From NCBI GenBank assembly GCA_047495785.1, contig JBLDXI010000019.1:2170001-2234000 (forward strand): a DNA stretch of 64,000 nucleotides, given 5' to 3'. Made by a program: the position numbers and the translations under genes. The notes beneath the pieces were generated by a model. It had not been told where the DNA came from and searched no databases. It saw only the letters and a list, made by a program, of their open reading frames with translations. Origin of the DNA: Lepidodermella squamata (taxonomy: Eukaryota > Animalia > Gastrotricha). Within the stretch, counting starts at the first letter, position 1, and each line of letters starts with the position of its first letter. Below are positions 12,190-25,738 of the stretch, one piece after another.

Positions 12190-12630
12190 ACCTTTTCTAC
12201 CTGCATCTTTCGCCATATCTTTCGCTGGCTAGCTTTCGAAGCGAAAGTGTTTCGATGCTGTGGACCGGAGAATTTCCCCACTCTCAAGCTCTCGTCGTAG
12301 ATCTTCCAATACCAATAGGATAATCTGCGACTGAGAATCGCCATCCAGTCGCCAAGGCCTTCGGTCATTTGTAATCCGGAAAGCTCAATCAATGGCTTCG
12401 TGAAATGAGGCGCGCATACGATTCAACCAGCGCCTGACAGAACATAAAATGAAAGAATCAAACTGTTTCCAAATGCGTTTCGTACTTGGAGTTTCCCCAA
12501 GCGAAAGTTCCCCCATAATCAGCCACTATCAAAATGAGCGCAGCTCGAAATGTGGAAGTTAACTCTCAGCTTTGTCCGTCATAACTCAAAGAAACGCACT
12601 TCTCTTAGCTGGGCACGGCACAGGTACGTG
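12190..12630 (-). pseudogene. Possible decayed THAP-domain sequence
   Basis: The minus strand gives TCAVPS*, KRIWK, IVCAPHF and a second RKIWRK in different frames. These are THAP-like pieces, but there is no intact ORF. Confidence 0.25.
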
Positions 12631-14190
12631 TTACACTTTTTCAAATTCGCCGCGCTCACCTAACACGTAGGCTATGCTATAAGATGCCGTAATTGCGCAC
12701 GAAAAAAAGCAAAACAATGAGTTGGCGATGGCAACAACGAAGAAATAAGCCCCGCGAGCTGTCGGGCGCACATTTATCACAGCTATGCACTGCGCACACG
12801 TTAAACTTTTACTATACTTTATTCCATCACCATGGCGGTGGCTGCGTTAACACCCTGCGAGCAATCGCAGACCTATCACGATCTGTCTTCTTTTTAATGA
12901 GGTCAAATAATCAAAGCTGGCGATTGCTCTTTCTTACTCATTATCGTTTTCTCCTACTTTTTCTGCACTTTCTATGATTCCTCGTGTGATCCAACATGGT
13001 TTTGAGACTTTAGGCTTACAAGAATAATAGGAATATGCTGCATTTGCGATGAAAACGTGCAAATTTGAAATAGTAATTCTTTATTTTAAATTTAACTCTT
13101 CACTATAATTAAATGCTGGCCTTCTCCCACTTGGAAAGGGGACCTTTTAATGTGGCTAATGAACTCAATACCGGTCCTCAACCTATTTGAAATTGATTTC
13201 TCAAGGGAATATTGTATGGCACCAAGTTTGGCATCAGACCATAGATCTCGATGCCCAGATTTGCAATATCAAAAAATTATTCAAATACGATGTACCGTTC
13301 TCTTGTTGTTTGAGTGTTACACTTTCTATGTAGCGGCGGTCCGTTTCGGGCGCAGAGTTCGCAACACCGGCTGGTGCTTAGCGTACAAATTCATGCAACC
13401 CTAGGTTGCGCTGTGTATATTTTTCGTGAGTGCGAACCTGATTGTATTAATGCCCCGCGTGTTTTTTATCTTATTAACCTGCGTGAAAAAATGTCACCAA
13501 CACGTGCGTATATCAAGCGCCAACAATGAACCGACGACGCAAGTGTGCGTATATGCTATGTGTCATATGCCTCTTTCTCGATGGGCCCTCGGTTGGGCTC
13601 AGCTACGATGCTGATGCTGTCGTTTATCGCGGCGCGGTAGCACCAGCATATTGTTTACGCGCAAAATCTTGAGAGCCCTAAAATCTATTAACGCATTGTA
13701 GGATTGTATATCTCGCAAATTTTTATTGTAAACAAAAAGCTGCGAACAGGATACAACATGATGTCATCTTTGCGTTTTTTATCTTGTTTACACGAAGTTT
13801 GCAATTTTCGATGAACCGTCGTAGGGGCAATTTTCAGCTTTTCATGGAGCTGAAATTATGCTTCAAAATCCCACCTAATTTTAGTCATTGCCTAAGATAT
13901 ATTTATAACCTCCCTTTGCAGGAACCCGGAACCTATAAGGCCAACCTAAAAGACTCGCGAAGGTCAATCATTCAAGCTGCAGGCTGGTATAGCCCTTTTT
14001 ACATTTGTAGCGAGATGTTACATAACACGTATCTGTGAGTAGCCAATGATGACGTTCATTTACCTCTAGTCATTTTCCTAACCTGTTGGCGGAGTCACTC
14101 TCGTACATGTTTCTTCATTATTTTATTACTTCAGTGCTGTTCACTCAAACCATCATGTTACGACGTAGGCGATTTTTAAGACAGCGTAAA

Positions 14191-15339
14191 ATGACATCGG
14201 GGCTAATTGGCGCAGTATGCATGGAGTGCGGCCTTTACGTTGGCGGGAAAGACGAGTTGCATCAACATATGGCTGCCGAACATGAACCGACCCCAGCGAG
14301 CAAATCGCCCTCACCTACTCCTGTTCGTAAATCGTCTCCGAACAGCCCTGAAGAGTCTACAACATTGAACGCGCTATCGGCCTTACTACCCCAGAACGGC
14401 ACGCCATTGGACGGAGCGGCGTGTTGCCGCTTTTTGACAGAATTGTTCTCGGTAGTTAGGCCGAACGATGCGCAACAACCGCAGAAGTCGCGATCGCCCG
14501 AGCCGACGTCTCTCCTAGGAAATTCCTTACTATTAAACCATGCCTCCTTATCGCTGATCGCCAATGCAGCCGTTCTCGAGCTATTGAAAAAGCAGCAAGA
14601 GTCTTTAGCTCAAACAACTGTTATCGATATGAGCCGGCAATTGCTACAAAATTACCAAATTCAGAACCCTCCAGCGCAAAAGCAGGAACCTCAACAGTCT
14701 CAACAACAGCCTGAAAATTTGTCGTTGTCGTCGAAGGAAGCCAAGGCTCGCCAACCAAGTGGAGCTAGTATTCGCCCAGCTTCGGTCGCAGAAGAATCAT
14801 CGGCTATGATTCCATCGCCATCAATGTCAACAGACTCTTCAAAGCCGAAAATTGCGAAAGTCGCTCCGATGAGCAACGGCGACCGTCGTTATTCCTGCGA
14901 GTACTGCGGGAAGCAGTTTGCCCAGGCTCCAACTTTGATAGCACATCGTGTAAGGATTATTATCCCAATTTAATAACATTTCGACCGTCTATCGATAATG
15001 TTCTTCTAGCGCATTCATACCGGTGAGAAGCCTTACAAGTGCCACATTTGCAATGCAGCGTTCAAGCAAGTTACCCATCGCAACGACCATGTCAATTCTC
15101 ACGATTCAAATTATCGGCCTTTTGTTTGCGAAGAGTGCGGGCGGGGGTTCGCCAGAAAATACAGGTATGAGATTCAGTTTTGAGATTCGTCCAACTTTAT
15201 TGAACTCCGTTTTAGCCTCTCTATCCATTCGCTAATTCACAAAGGAATCTACCGCTTCCAATGTGCTTATTGTGACAAGAAGTTCCGCCAATCGGCTGAC
15301 AAGAAAAAGCATGAGATGCGTCACACCAGAGTCAAATGA
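14191..15339 (+). CDS. C2H2 zinc-finger transcription factor; join(14191..14949,15010..15164,15216..15339)
   Basis: One N-terminal finger (CMEC...HQHMAAEH), a Q/S/P-rich linker, then four fingers with an HTGEKPY link. GT-AG introns of 60 and 51 nt restore the frame. The last two fingers weakly resemble Gfi1/Senseless. Confidence 0.9.
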
Positions 15340-15822
15340 ATACAGAAATGGCTCTCATCATTAATACTCGGAAAAGTCTCCAACAGCTGTACTCATTTGA
15401 GAGATCAAATTTCTATTTTTGTATTGCGCGTTTCTCGAATTTATGCATTTTTGACTTCCTGATGCCCTTTGAAGCTCATCGTGATATCGGATTGGATTTT
15501 TAAACGCAATAATTCGTAATAACGCATCCAACATGATGTATTAAAGAATACTCTTCTTATTTTTGATCATTATTCCAATTTGAACTTTGTTGATAATAAA
15601 AGGCTACTGTTTTGAAACTAACGTCTCCCTTTAAATTGAATGGTTTCCAACAGTCTTGGCAAATATGGAATGACACGCCCCGAGAATCGAAGCCTTTCGA
15701 AATGTAGTTATTGCGGCAACATGAAATTGTAAACAAAAAGCAGAACAATTCTTGCTACACAAAAATATCACTTTATTGCTGCATCTGGATGCATTATGCG
15801 AAGCAAAATCGTATTTCGATCA

Positions 15823-18110
15823 CTAGAAAGCCCCTGTTTCGACTACGTTTGTTTCGTACCTAACGAAGCGGCACGTCGTATTATCAGGATAGTGATCATC
15901 GAATCGCTCAGTTGGCCTTAGAGAGAAAAACGAAGCCGTATCGCCGAAATCACTTCGGCTCGTCAGCAGCCAGTCCATTTTTGTCAATATGTACCAATCA
16001 AACAGCGCGATTAAACCTTCGACTTCATCTGACCTTGCGCCAGGAAACACGGAACTCGAATCTATAACTTCAACCCGGTCGTCGCCATCCTCTAAATAGC
16101 CGTTGATCAGCAGCCTTAAATGTTTAGTAACCCTCCAATCTCCGAAATCACTGGTGATGAAAATGTAACGAGGAACGCCGCCTAGATAAGTTCTGATTAC
16201 GTCGCGAACTCTTTCAGCGAAACACGAAAGTTGGTCCCATTTGACACGAGGCTTACAGGTTGACCTGGGTCCACTGCAGGTTCTTAGCTGAATTCCTAAT
16301 TTTCCAGCGGACAACCATTTCTCCTCCGATCCAGCAATTTCTTCGATGTAACTAGACACCAATTTCTTGATTTCAGGCAAAGGACTGCCAAATAGCACTC
16401 GCATAGCTGCCGAAAAATAAATGGTATAGTCGATATTGCTTTTGTATTCGGGTAGATTCGGAATTGATCTATGAAGAGACTGGTAGAATTTGCGATTTGT
16501 GAATGCAAAACGCATGGCTGTGTGAGTGCGATTCGTAGCAACCTGAACCAGATCATACTGATAAACGTTTACGAATGATGCATTCAGGTTTTTTCTATCC
16601 ACTTTGCCACGTGGCAGGTAAATGACGGTTTCGTTTGCAGTTTCGAGCTTATTCGAATAAACGTCGCCTGAGACATCGTAAAGGTTCTCGTTGAGCGAGA
16701 AAAATTTGCTAACCCCAGCAGGGTGTTTCAGCCATTCGCTGTTGAAGATCCGATTTGTAGCCATGGCAATGAAAAGCAAAGCTGCTGAGCCACGCATGGC
16801 TCCAAAACCACCGCAATCCCTATCATTCGCGCGGCAGCGGTAACTGATGAACTAAAGAAAGATGAAAAATAAGGGTTATAACCTCAAAGGACAATTCTAA
16901 GAATAGCATGTTATACTTTTCCCTTTGAAGCACTCATTACAATAAATTTGTAACAACTCTTAGAAAATTGTAAACAAACCTTAGCACTGCGGTCCGGGTC
17001 GCTTAAGATTGCCTTCATGTTCGTGATGTAATTTTGACGAATCGTTTCGGCTAATAGTTCAGCTTGTCTACCTCTCTCAGCGTAAAGAGCAGTATTAGCT
17101 ACAGTAAAATCCATTTCGAATACAGATTCAAAGTTTGGAGGAATTGCATCGTTGAACAAAATTGCCGCATTAGGCGGCGTTTCATTGATACTTGTCACTT
17201 GAACGAATCCAACGGGCAACGAATTACTCGGCTTTCTCACCGTGGCGAAGTAATGATTGGCGGCTTGGTGGTACTCGACCTGACGAAAATCGTGATTTTC
17301 AGCCGAGTAGTAGCATTTCGAAACTGCTTTGCAGAACTCCTTGATTTCAGAAGGCTTGCCAATGAAAAAATCCGGCGAGTAATATTGATCGCCTTCAGAA
17401 CCAAAGGGTAAAAATGAGCAAGATTTTTCTGAACGATCGTAGGGTAGCAACTTCTTGTCATCGAAGCCGTAGAAAGCAGGATGCATCGGGAAAACTAGAT
17501 CGCCAAGTAAAAGCTCCTTGGCTACAATAATCGGCTGTAAAATCGCCATTCTAGCATCGAAAGAAATGACGTAGTCGAACTCGGCGTCGTTGAAATAGCC
17601 GTGATCCTTAGCGTTTTGTAGATAAGCTCGACACGGGCTTTGCTCATTTTTCACGATGTAGGTCAGTAAACTCGTTACAGCTCCTTGGTAGCTGTCGGCA
17701 TTTTGATTTCGAAAGTATTGGTTGATATCGCGATAAATCAGGAAATATTTGACAGTGACATTCGCGTCGGTCAGCAAGTTTGCCGCAGCTGTTCGATAAA
17801 AGTTTTCCATGCTCCCGGCAGCATCGTCTAGCACCAAAATAGCTACTCTCGTTGTTCTAGGACCTTGAGGCTGAGTCGATGTAGCCGTGGTCACGTGACG
17901 CAATTTTCGGTGGCCGATTGCTAGTTTTTTGAGCCTTTCATGGCGCGCGAAATTCGGATGGCTTTCCAGATTAGGCGACTGCAGATCGTTGTGATTTTCA
18001 TGCCTGCTCAGGACAAGAAGGATGTAAATTGAAGGCGATAAAAGCAGAGCTGTTGCTAAGCACCAACATGCAACTTGGTGCCGTTTGATAAACGACTTGA
18101 TCGTAGTCAT
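15823..18110 (-). CDS. Two-domain type II glycosyltransferase: degenerate GT6 (ABO-like) domain + alpha-1,2/1,6-fucosyltransferase-superfamily domain; complement(join(15823..16851,16980..18110)), 719 aa
   Basis: Exon 1 has a TM anchor and HPAFY...PYDRSEKSCSFLPFGSEGDQYY, which matches ABO HPGFY...[20 protein letters not shown]. A phase-0 GT-AG intron (16979..16852) gives RSAK|FISYRC...CGGFG. Exon 2 has GIQLR, IFITSD and DWYILTKMDWLLTSRSDFG. Confidence 0.8.
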
Positions 18111-18938
18111 TTTAGCGGAATAAATTAGGGCGTTTACAACCCGCCGTGGATTTATTCACCTGTGGCCTTTGCAGTTATCCTGGGCAGTTTTATCTCGTTG
18201 CACAGCGGGTTAACTGGCCCGACGTAAAGTGGAAATATCAATGATAAATAATAATCATAATTGTTGTATGATATGCGTTTCTACGTTAGACTGGTGAGAG
18301 CGGGATATCAACGCTTTATTTACACATGCGAACAGTCGCATATAATTAGCTCACGTGAACAGCGTGTCTGATAACTACACCTATAGCTCACTAATATTGC
18401 TTATAGATAAGGCGGGGATGTATTAAAATATACCCGAAACTATTAGAAAAAGTATCTACAATTTTTCAAATACAATTTTTTGTAAGGGCCAATCCTTTTA
18501 CGGTACATGACTTGAGAGTAACTGAGATCAATATTTTGAAAAACCTTGGCTCAAGGAACGAGGAAGGGTGTGCTACTCGAGTGCATGTAACCATTTCTAT
18601 AAGAGATGGGCATTTCACATATGTGCCGTAATAATAAGGCGACAAATCGTTATCGAAAATATTTCGCTCTTAATATGTTAATACTAGTGGCTTTAAAAAG
18701 GCGGATTTCTTGTTATCTAAATAACTCTTGCATGAGTAGTGCAATATCTGAAAATTCTCATGAGACCATTCAATTTATTAACTTCACTTCTCTTGGCTGA
18801 TCAATGCACAAATAAAGACATACTCACACACACACACACAACTCGCATGATTTTGAGCGCGCTCGAAATGACACGCTACTACTAGATAACATATAACAAA
18901 ATAGGTATGATGCGGAATTTTCATTGAGTATGGGACTT

Positions 18939-20228
18939 TCAGTGTAAATCTGGCACTGCCGACGCCCGATCCGTATCGCTGTTGTCGAAACTTTGCTGCC
19001 CTGTAAGGCCCCGACTCGAGCCGCTTGCTTGCCGCCTCAGGTATCGCCTAACTGAATCTGCCCTATTTCGGCTGAAATCAGCCAAAATCGCGTCGTCTCC
19101 GGATATTATAGTATTATCAGCTTCATGCTGCGTTGCCGCGTCTCCTGGCTGATGGTCGTATTGCTCCGGGACGTTTAAAAGTCTCCGCTTTTCACTTGAG
19201 GACGATCTTACTGATTGCGTTCTTCTCGCGGCAGATCTCAATCCCCTTTCATTTTCAAGTCGAGCCTTCTCAAAGTACGAAATTTCAACAGAGTCGGTGG
19301 GCGAGTCTCTGGGTAACACGTCGTCGGGTTGGAAGTCAGGTTTGACATGTTCGAGGAATCTATCAAGATGGCCGGTGCTATGTGGCCGATGCTTCGAATG
19401 AACAGGACATGGCGGCCTTTGAAGCAACAACTCCGCCTGGCTGATTGATGGCGTGGACGGCTCAGCTGGTTGTTCGGCCGACGTTTCTATAGACCGAGTT
19501 TCAGCTTGTCTGCCGAATGAGATCGATGAGGCTTCGTTGCGGTGGTGTTTGACTAAGTTAGAACTTGACGGCTGGGGGCAGTAGCCGAAAGCGCTGGCTG
19601 TGAACTCGAGATCTGGGTCGCGGTTTACCTTAAGGGCGCCCTTCACCCCGCGAACGGCGAGTATTATGAAGCAAATTGAACTTGTCGTCGCGCCGAATAT
19701 TGTCATCGCATGCCCTAGAACTTTAAGCACCAGATCTGCCACAGAAAATTCAAAAAATTAAATTAAAATTCATCTCTATGTACCTTTCACTGAATTTGAT
19801 GTAGTTTCTGTCAGGTCGTAGTAAAGATTAGTCGAAGTTCGAAAAATGACGACAAAATTGGCAAAGAGACCAAGGAAGAAAATCGATAGGGAAAAAATGA
19901 CTTTGGCGTAGGTTGGCAATACTTTCCACAGCAAAACACCAAGGACAGCCATCGAAGCGCCAATATTCAGCGCCCCTTCGAAAAACCCAGTACCCCATAT
20001 CTGAGTGTGAGCCGCAAAGTACCAGCACATGATGGCGCCGGTCATTGACGCTAAATTGCAGCAAATATTGGCGACGACGATTAGGGGAGCGACAAGGGGT
20101 GGAGCTTCGTCGGCACTCGGCATTTGGGCAGGTCCGCCGCTCGATCCAACTGAACTGATTGAAACAGCATCTGCCTCGTGCTTACCAGTAGTCGTTAGGT
20201 TATCAGCAGTCCATCCAGCAGACGACAT
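18939..20228 (-). CDS. Four-TM membrane protein (weakly MS4A/CD20-like) with long disordered C-tail; complement(join(18939..19735,19784..20228))
   Basis: A 48-nt GT-AG intron joins the ORFs in frame (SVK|DLVL). Four hydrophobic segments; GTGFFEG lies before TM2. Confidence 0.7.
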
Positions 20229-21867
20229 GTTTTGGCAATAAAAATGACTACTAAAGCGTGAAAAAATTAATTTTTTCCAGAAAATTGAATTGGCATACGT
20301 TTTTCCGATATATTGGTTTTGCAAATACGATGTTTACCTGCGCCAAGATACATTATCTCTACTCAGCGGTATATATCAATATGTTGTATGCGCCGAAAGC
20401 CGGTAGAGATGCGCCTGCGCGTGTAGTAAAGCCAATAAAGCATGGCTTTTAACATGCTGCGAAAAACTCCACTCAACGCGCTAATATATTCGATGTCTGA
20501 AGTGCGTCTATGTGTTCTGCATGCAAAAAAGCGCGCTCATACGTGAGCATCAATACATACGGCAAATAAGAGCTGAAGCGTTTATATCGCTCTTCAGGTA
20601 TGGTTAATGAAGAAGCGTCGACGATTCAAGAGATGATGAGCCCCTCAATAATGTAATGGACCAATAATTCTCGGTAATAGTATTTCACCACGTTGAGTCG
20701 CGAAAGTTCTGTCTGAGGCCAAAATTGAAAAATATTTTTTCCCCCGTTCAAGCTGGCGAATCATCTTTCCCTGGGGATGAGCATCAAGAAACCGGTATTG
20801 TTATTGTTAATTTCGTAGTTTTTGTGGTGAAATGAATACAATGACGAAATGTGCCGCATGAACGTGAATTAATAAATAATAGCCGAGCGCAACTTGGCTT
20901 CGTGCTGCGATGCTGGAATGAAAATCGAATTGAGCATGTCGCGCTTTATTGATCGCAGCCACCTTGCTGGCGCGCGTAATATTTTTGCATTTTTGCATTT
21001 ATATAATAATATAAAGTTGCCCGCTAAACAGGGCAAATTTGTTTGGCGTATCCCATTGAGAACTGGACGCTGCTCGATCGAAATCGCACTTCACTTATAA
21101 GAAGTATTCTTGAATTACGTCACACCAGTTTCTTCATTCACCACTGTATTGAATAAGAGAATTTTTAAGGTGGTTAAGGCTATTTTTTACCGCGTGTTTT
21201 TGCATTTTGTCGATCACATTCAATTTACACACCGACATGCATTGTGGTTTAGCTTCATAATACCTGCAAACAATGAGCATCGAGACAAGTCTTTCGGTGG
21301 CTTGAATAATTTAGTTTGCAGTGTCAAAAATAATAGTTGAACGGACGGAATTCGGCAAACAAATTATACCATTCTGACAGTGATAATAATGGTATTGTAT
21401 CATCCTTGAGAAATTCGTTGACAAAAGCCCGTGGCGTTAATAAAAATCCTTCGAATATGTATACTGAAAAGTGCCACGTGAAAAAGACCTGGACTCCCTC
21501 CAAAACGTGTGAAGTTTTGTCCATTGTGCTCCCCGACTTATTAGGGCGATAAATAATTCAAATAAAAAACCTAGAAATGTTAAAATTCGATGAAAAAGGG
21601 GCTGTGATAGGTCTGGAGATGCTGCCTACGCTAAAGTTCTAAACGCTGAAATCGACGCCCACGTGGAACGAGGAGTAATCGCCTTTCATAAGCTGGTGAT
21701 TGCAACTGACCGATGTACTAAGCGAATTTCATCACGAACAATATACTTACCTGCCGCAACGCTACTTGATCTATAAAGTTGGCTCTCTGCAAAGGTCTAT
21801 ACTAATACTTTTTACGTCGGCTTTTAACTATCGCATCAGACAATTTCTCTGTGGCATTTTTTTGTAG

Positions 21868-24800
21868 ATGAGACGGACAATTTTTGAATTTTACGGTATT
21901 TTTTCATTTATTTTCAATTTTTACCTTTGGATTTATTTCAAGTGTTTGTCAGATATGAGTGTAAATTTCGTTGAAATATTTCTTTATCTTACAGTCTGGC
22001 TGATTCCTGCCGTATGCGGACAATCATTGCTGTGTGCAAATGGCGTCTATCAGCCACAATACTCCTTCAACGATACAAGCAGCAGGGCTACTAATTGGGA
22101 CTACTTCTACAACTCCGACATCAACAGCAACGGCCAGGTTCCTGGAACTACTCGTTTGATTGCTGCGAATAATCCGGCGGATGGCAGTGTTTGGGCCAAG
22201 ACGGTTAGCTTAGTTTCGAGGAAATTCGCAAAATTATTGAAGAATTAATTCACAGCCCTTCACTTTGGATGACTTCTACGCAGAAGTCACGGTTAGAATG
22301 GGGTCAATGACAGTGTCCAACAGTTATGGTATCGCCTTTGTCCTATCAAACAATGCAGGTGTATATCGACCAACTGGCGCTCTAGACAACACCTGGTATT
22401 TTGGTGTCAGGCGGGACAATCACTTAGGTGAAAGACTAATTCCTATAATGCCCATCCTTCTATAATACCGCTGAATTTAGGGATGACAATCTTTATGCAA
22501 CCCCTGTATAAGGGCGTAGCTGGTGGTTTCTTCGCTGAGACCAACGGTACAAAATGGTGGAGCTGGGGATCTAATTCTTGCGGATCCCTCGAATGGTGTT
22601 GGATTTCATCTAATTCGTCCTTTGTCGGCCAATATTTCAACAATCGAACTACTACTTGGATGATTCGGGTTCAGTCTCAACTCTTGAGTGTTAGCGCTTG
22701 CGTATATGGTACGAGCATTTGTGTGACAACGCTCAGAAACGTTTCGATGCCGAGTTCTTATCAGACGAAATTCGGTCACATGACCAACTACTTCGGAATT
22801 GGGGCGTCTGAAAGGAACGGCCCTCTTTCTATCGATTTGAATTCTGTCAACGTTTGGGACTGCGCAACTCAGGCTCCAGTCGTTTCAACTGTAAGTCACT
22901 TGTTACGATGCAAGTAAGTATTATAACCGAGATGTTATGCCTTAGATCAAGCCCCAACCTTTGTTTTGCACGGGAGGGACCTACAAACCTGCTCTCTCAT
23001 TCGAGCAATACAGTAGTTTTACCTCCAATTGGAATTACTATCACTATCAGAACCTAAACCTCACAAGCCAAACTTGCAACTGCTCCGTTCGATTGATTGA
23101 TGAAACTACGTCAGCTGTTGGTACGATGTGGACTAAAAGCGTGAGATTTAATAGATTTAGGTACATTATGCTACAATTCCTCTCTTCTTGAATCAGCCTT
23201 TCACCTTAAACGACTTCTATATCGAAGTGGTTGGAGAGATGAAATTTGATACGGCCACAAATCCTGATGGGTGGGTTGTCATAATCTCAAACCAAGCTGG
23301 TATCAATCGCCCTGCATCCGGTTACTTTACTAGCGCTGATGGTTATTACGGTGTCAACGATTTTAACACCCGGGGTACAATTTTTCTTGAATACAAGAAT
23401 TTCTTTAAAGGCGCCTACCGCTATAGGGCTTACAATTTATATGCAGCCTTTCGAGACAGCAGTTATGGGACTTTTTCAGACTGCAACCAGGGGTGCAACG
23501 TGGTATGGGTACTGCGTGGACTTGGACTGGTGTTACAAAGTTGGGCAATATTTCTTCGACTCGTACTTCTCAGCAATCGCATTGTGGCAAATCCGAGTAC
23601 AGGGGCGTAATCTCACGGTTGACGTCTGCAGATACGGGACCAGCGTATGCGAAAGGACTATTCAAGCCACGATGAGCAATAGCCTGCAAGGTGAATTCAG
23701 CGGGGTCAACATGTCACTGGGTATAGCGGCAAACAATGACGAAGCGATAGTGTCTCCGGTAGACATCTATTCTGTCAACGTTTGGGACTGCTCGGGTTCG
23801 ACCGGGTCAGGTCCAGCCACTCCTAACAACTGGATCTTACCGGCTGGCTCTGCATTTTGGACTAATTTAACTACGTCAACTTCCAGCACTTCAACTTCGT
23901 CTACAACAACAACTAGCACAACGACTTCAACTTCACCAAGCACTACCACGAACACACCATCAACGACACCTTTGACTTCATCTAGTACATCTTCAACCAC
24001 GTCAACCCAAACCAGTACCTCGACATCGAAGTCGTCCACTACCATGGTTACTGCGACTTCGCCTACAACATCGAAATCTTCAACTAGTACTACTTCGACT
24101 TCGACTACAGCGTCGACACCATCTACTACTCCTACATCGTCAACTGAGAAAACAAGTGTGATTTTAACCTCAACTACCATCGGGACCACCACGGCAGAAA
24201 CGACGCTGATGACATCCGTCTCCGTAATACCATCTACTATCATTCAATATTCTACATCAGCGTCTACCTCATCATTTACTTATACGTCGAGCGTGAAGCA
24301 ACAGAACCAACAGACTTCAGGTGTGAAATCAACGGTAATCTTTTAGGGTGAATTTTCGTGATTTTGTAATTAGTCCGAATTATCTATAGACAACCGTTCC
24401 AACAACCTCAGCAACTTCGACCCCCATAAACACACCCTTGTCTACGAATTTATCGAGCGGCGGAGATGCGAATAAGTTGCGGTAAATTCCAATAATTGTC
24501 CTAAAATGGTGTTTAGACATCGGTGCAATGACGACAAAAATGGAAACATTCGCCCTTGTCTCGACGCAAAAATTGCAGAGGTTGATTCAACTTGTGGATG
24601 ATTTAACTGAACTCCCTATGGCTAACATCACTGCGAAAGAGCTTCAGGAAGATTGCAAAGACTTTCTGCCATCAAGAACAGCTCCTCCACCAAACAAGAC
24701 ATCGCCGATATTCTGGATTAGGCCAGCCTTGGGAATCGACAAATTAGTAGAGGTCAACACTATCGGGGAGAAAATATCTGTCGTAGGAACAATGCTGCTA

Positions 24801-25721
24801 TCTTGGTCGGTCACAACATGTGCAGCTGATAGCGTCGATATTTTCACCAGTCGGCCAATGGAACAGCTTTATGTAGCACAAACCAGCGAAGTCTGGACCC
24901 CGGCTTTCAGATTCGTTAACAGTGCCAGTGGAACAATCTACATGCAAACTACAAGCGAATTTGGCGAAGATTTGATCGTAACTATGAACAAGCAATCTAC
25001 CTCCCCTAATCGGTCTATTGACTTCTATTGGCTGAAAGATGGTACTTTCTCGGCATCTTGCGAATTGGATCTAGCTTATTTTCCGTTTGATCAACAAACT
25101 TGTCTCTTCGTTTTTGCCCTCAATCGAGCCGTCAATCTTATCCGGCTTCAAAGTCCCATATTTTTTTGGCCTACTGAAGGCTCGTCTGGCACGTGGAAGT
25201 ATGTTGGGCATTACTCCTCCTTAAAAACTTCATCTTATAAAGGAAAGCAAGTTAGCACAGTCTTTTATGGAGTTACCCTCAATAGAAATCCAACTTTTTA
25301 CATGTTCAATCTCGTTATGCCTTGTGCTTTGTTGTTCGGAATGGAAATTGCGTCTTTCCTCATGCCTCCCAGTGTCCCCGACAGACCGGCATTCACTATG
25401 ACTGTACTGCTAGCGTTCGGAGTTGCTCAGTCGAGCATTGTTAATTTTGTTCCCATGACCTCAAGCCGCATTCTGATTGCTGATTACGTAACTGCTCTAT
25501 CTTGGCTGTGTTTTGTATGTGGCTTGTACCAACTCGCCGTCTGTTGTCATGAGCATGCCCTGTCTACCGATTCTCCTGTTGTGAGATCGAAGAAAATCAA
25601 GAACCTTGATCAAATGATTTTCCATCGCATTGGATTTATTCGATGCTTAGACATTCTGTGCATGTTCTTCTGCCTGGTGGCCTTCATTAGTTTACATGGA
25701 TACTTGGGCCTGATGGGTTGA
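21868..25721 (+). CDS. Lectin-fused Cys-loop ligand-gated ion channel subunit, copy 1; exons 21868..21895, 21995..22203, 22256..22427, 22481..22890, 22946..23140, 23197..23374, 23427..24334, 24390..24471, 24517..25721 (last donor reads AT, not GT)
   Basis: Signal peptide; two L-type lectin repeats (RLI...GSVWAKTPF..DDFYAEV; RLI...GTMWTKSPF..NDFYIEV...PDGW); ~185-aa S/T stalk; WTP; Cys-loop CELDLAYFPFDQQTC; M1-M4. Exon structure matches copies 2 and 3. Confidence 0.8.
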
Positions 25722-25738
25722 AGAAATTTACCCTCCTA

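Noticed and set aside
18825-18840. (CA)n tract
   Set aside because: Short, ordinary microsatellite.
23767-24243. V/D/E-rich minus-strand ORFs (also 33837..34166 and 40809..41051)
   Set aside because: They are antisense shadows of the Ser/Thr codons of the stalk.
24528-25721. Naming the channels as acetylcholine receptor subunits
   Set aside because: There is no loop-C vicinal Cys pair or loop-B Trp. Only Cys-loop superfamily membership is supported.
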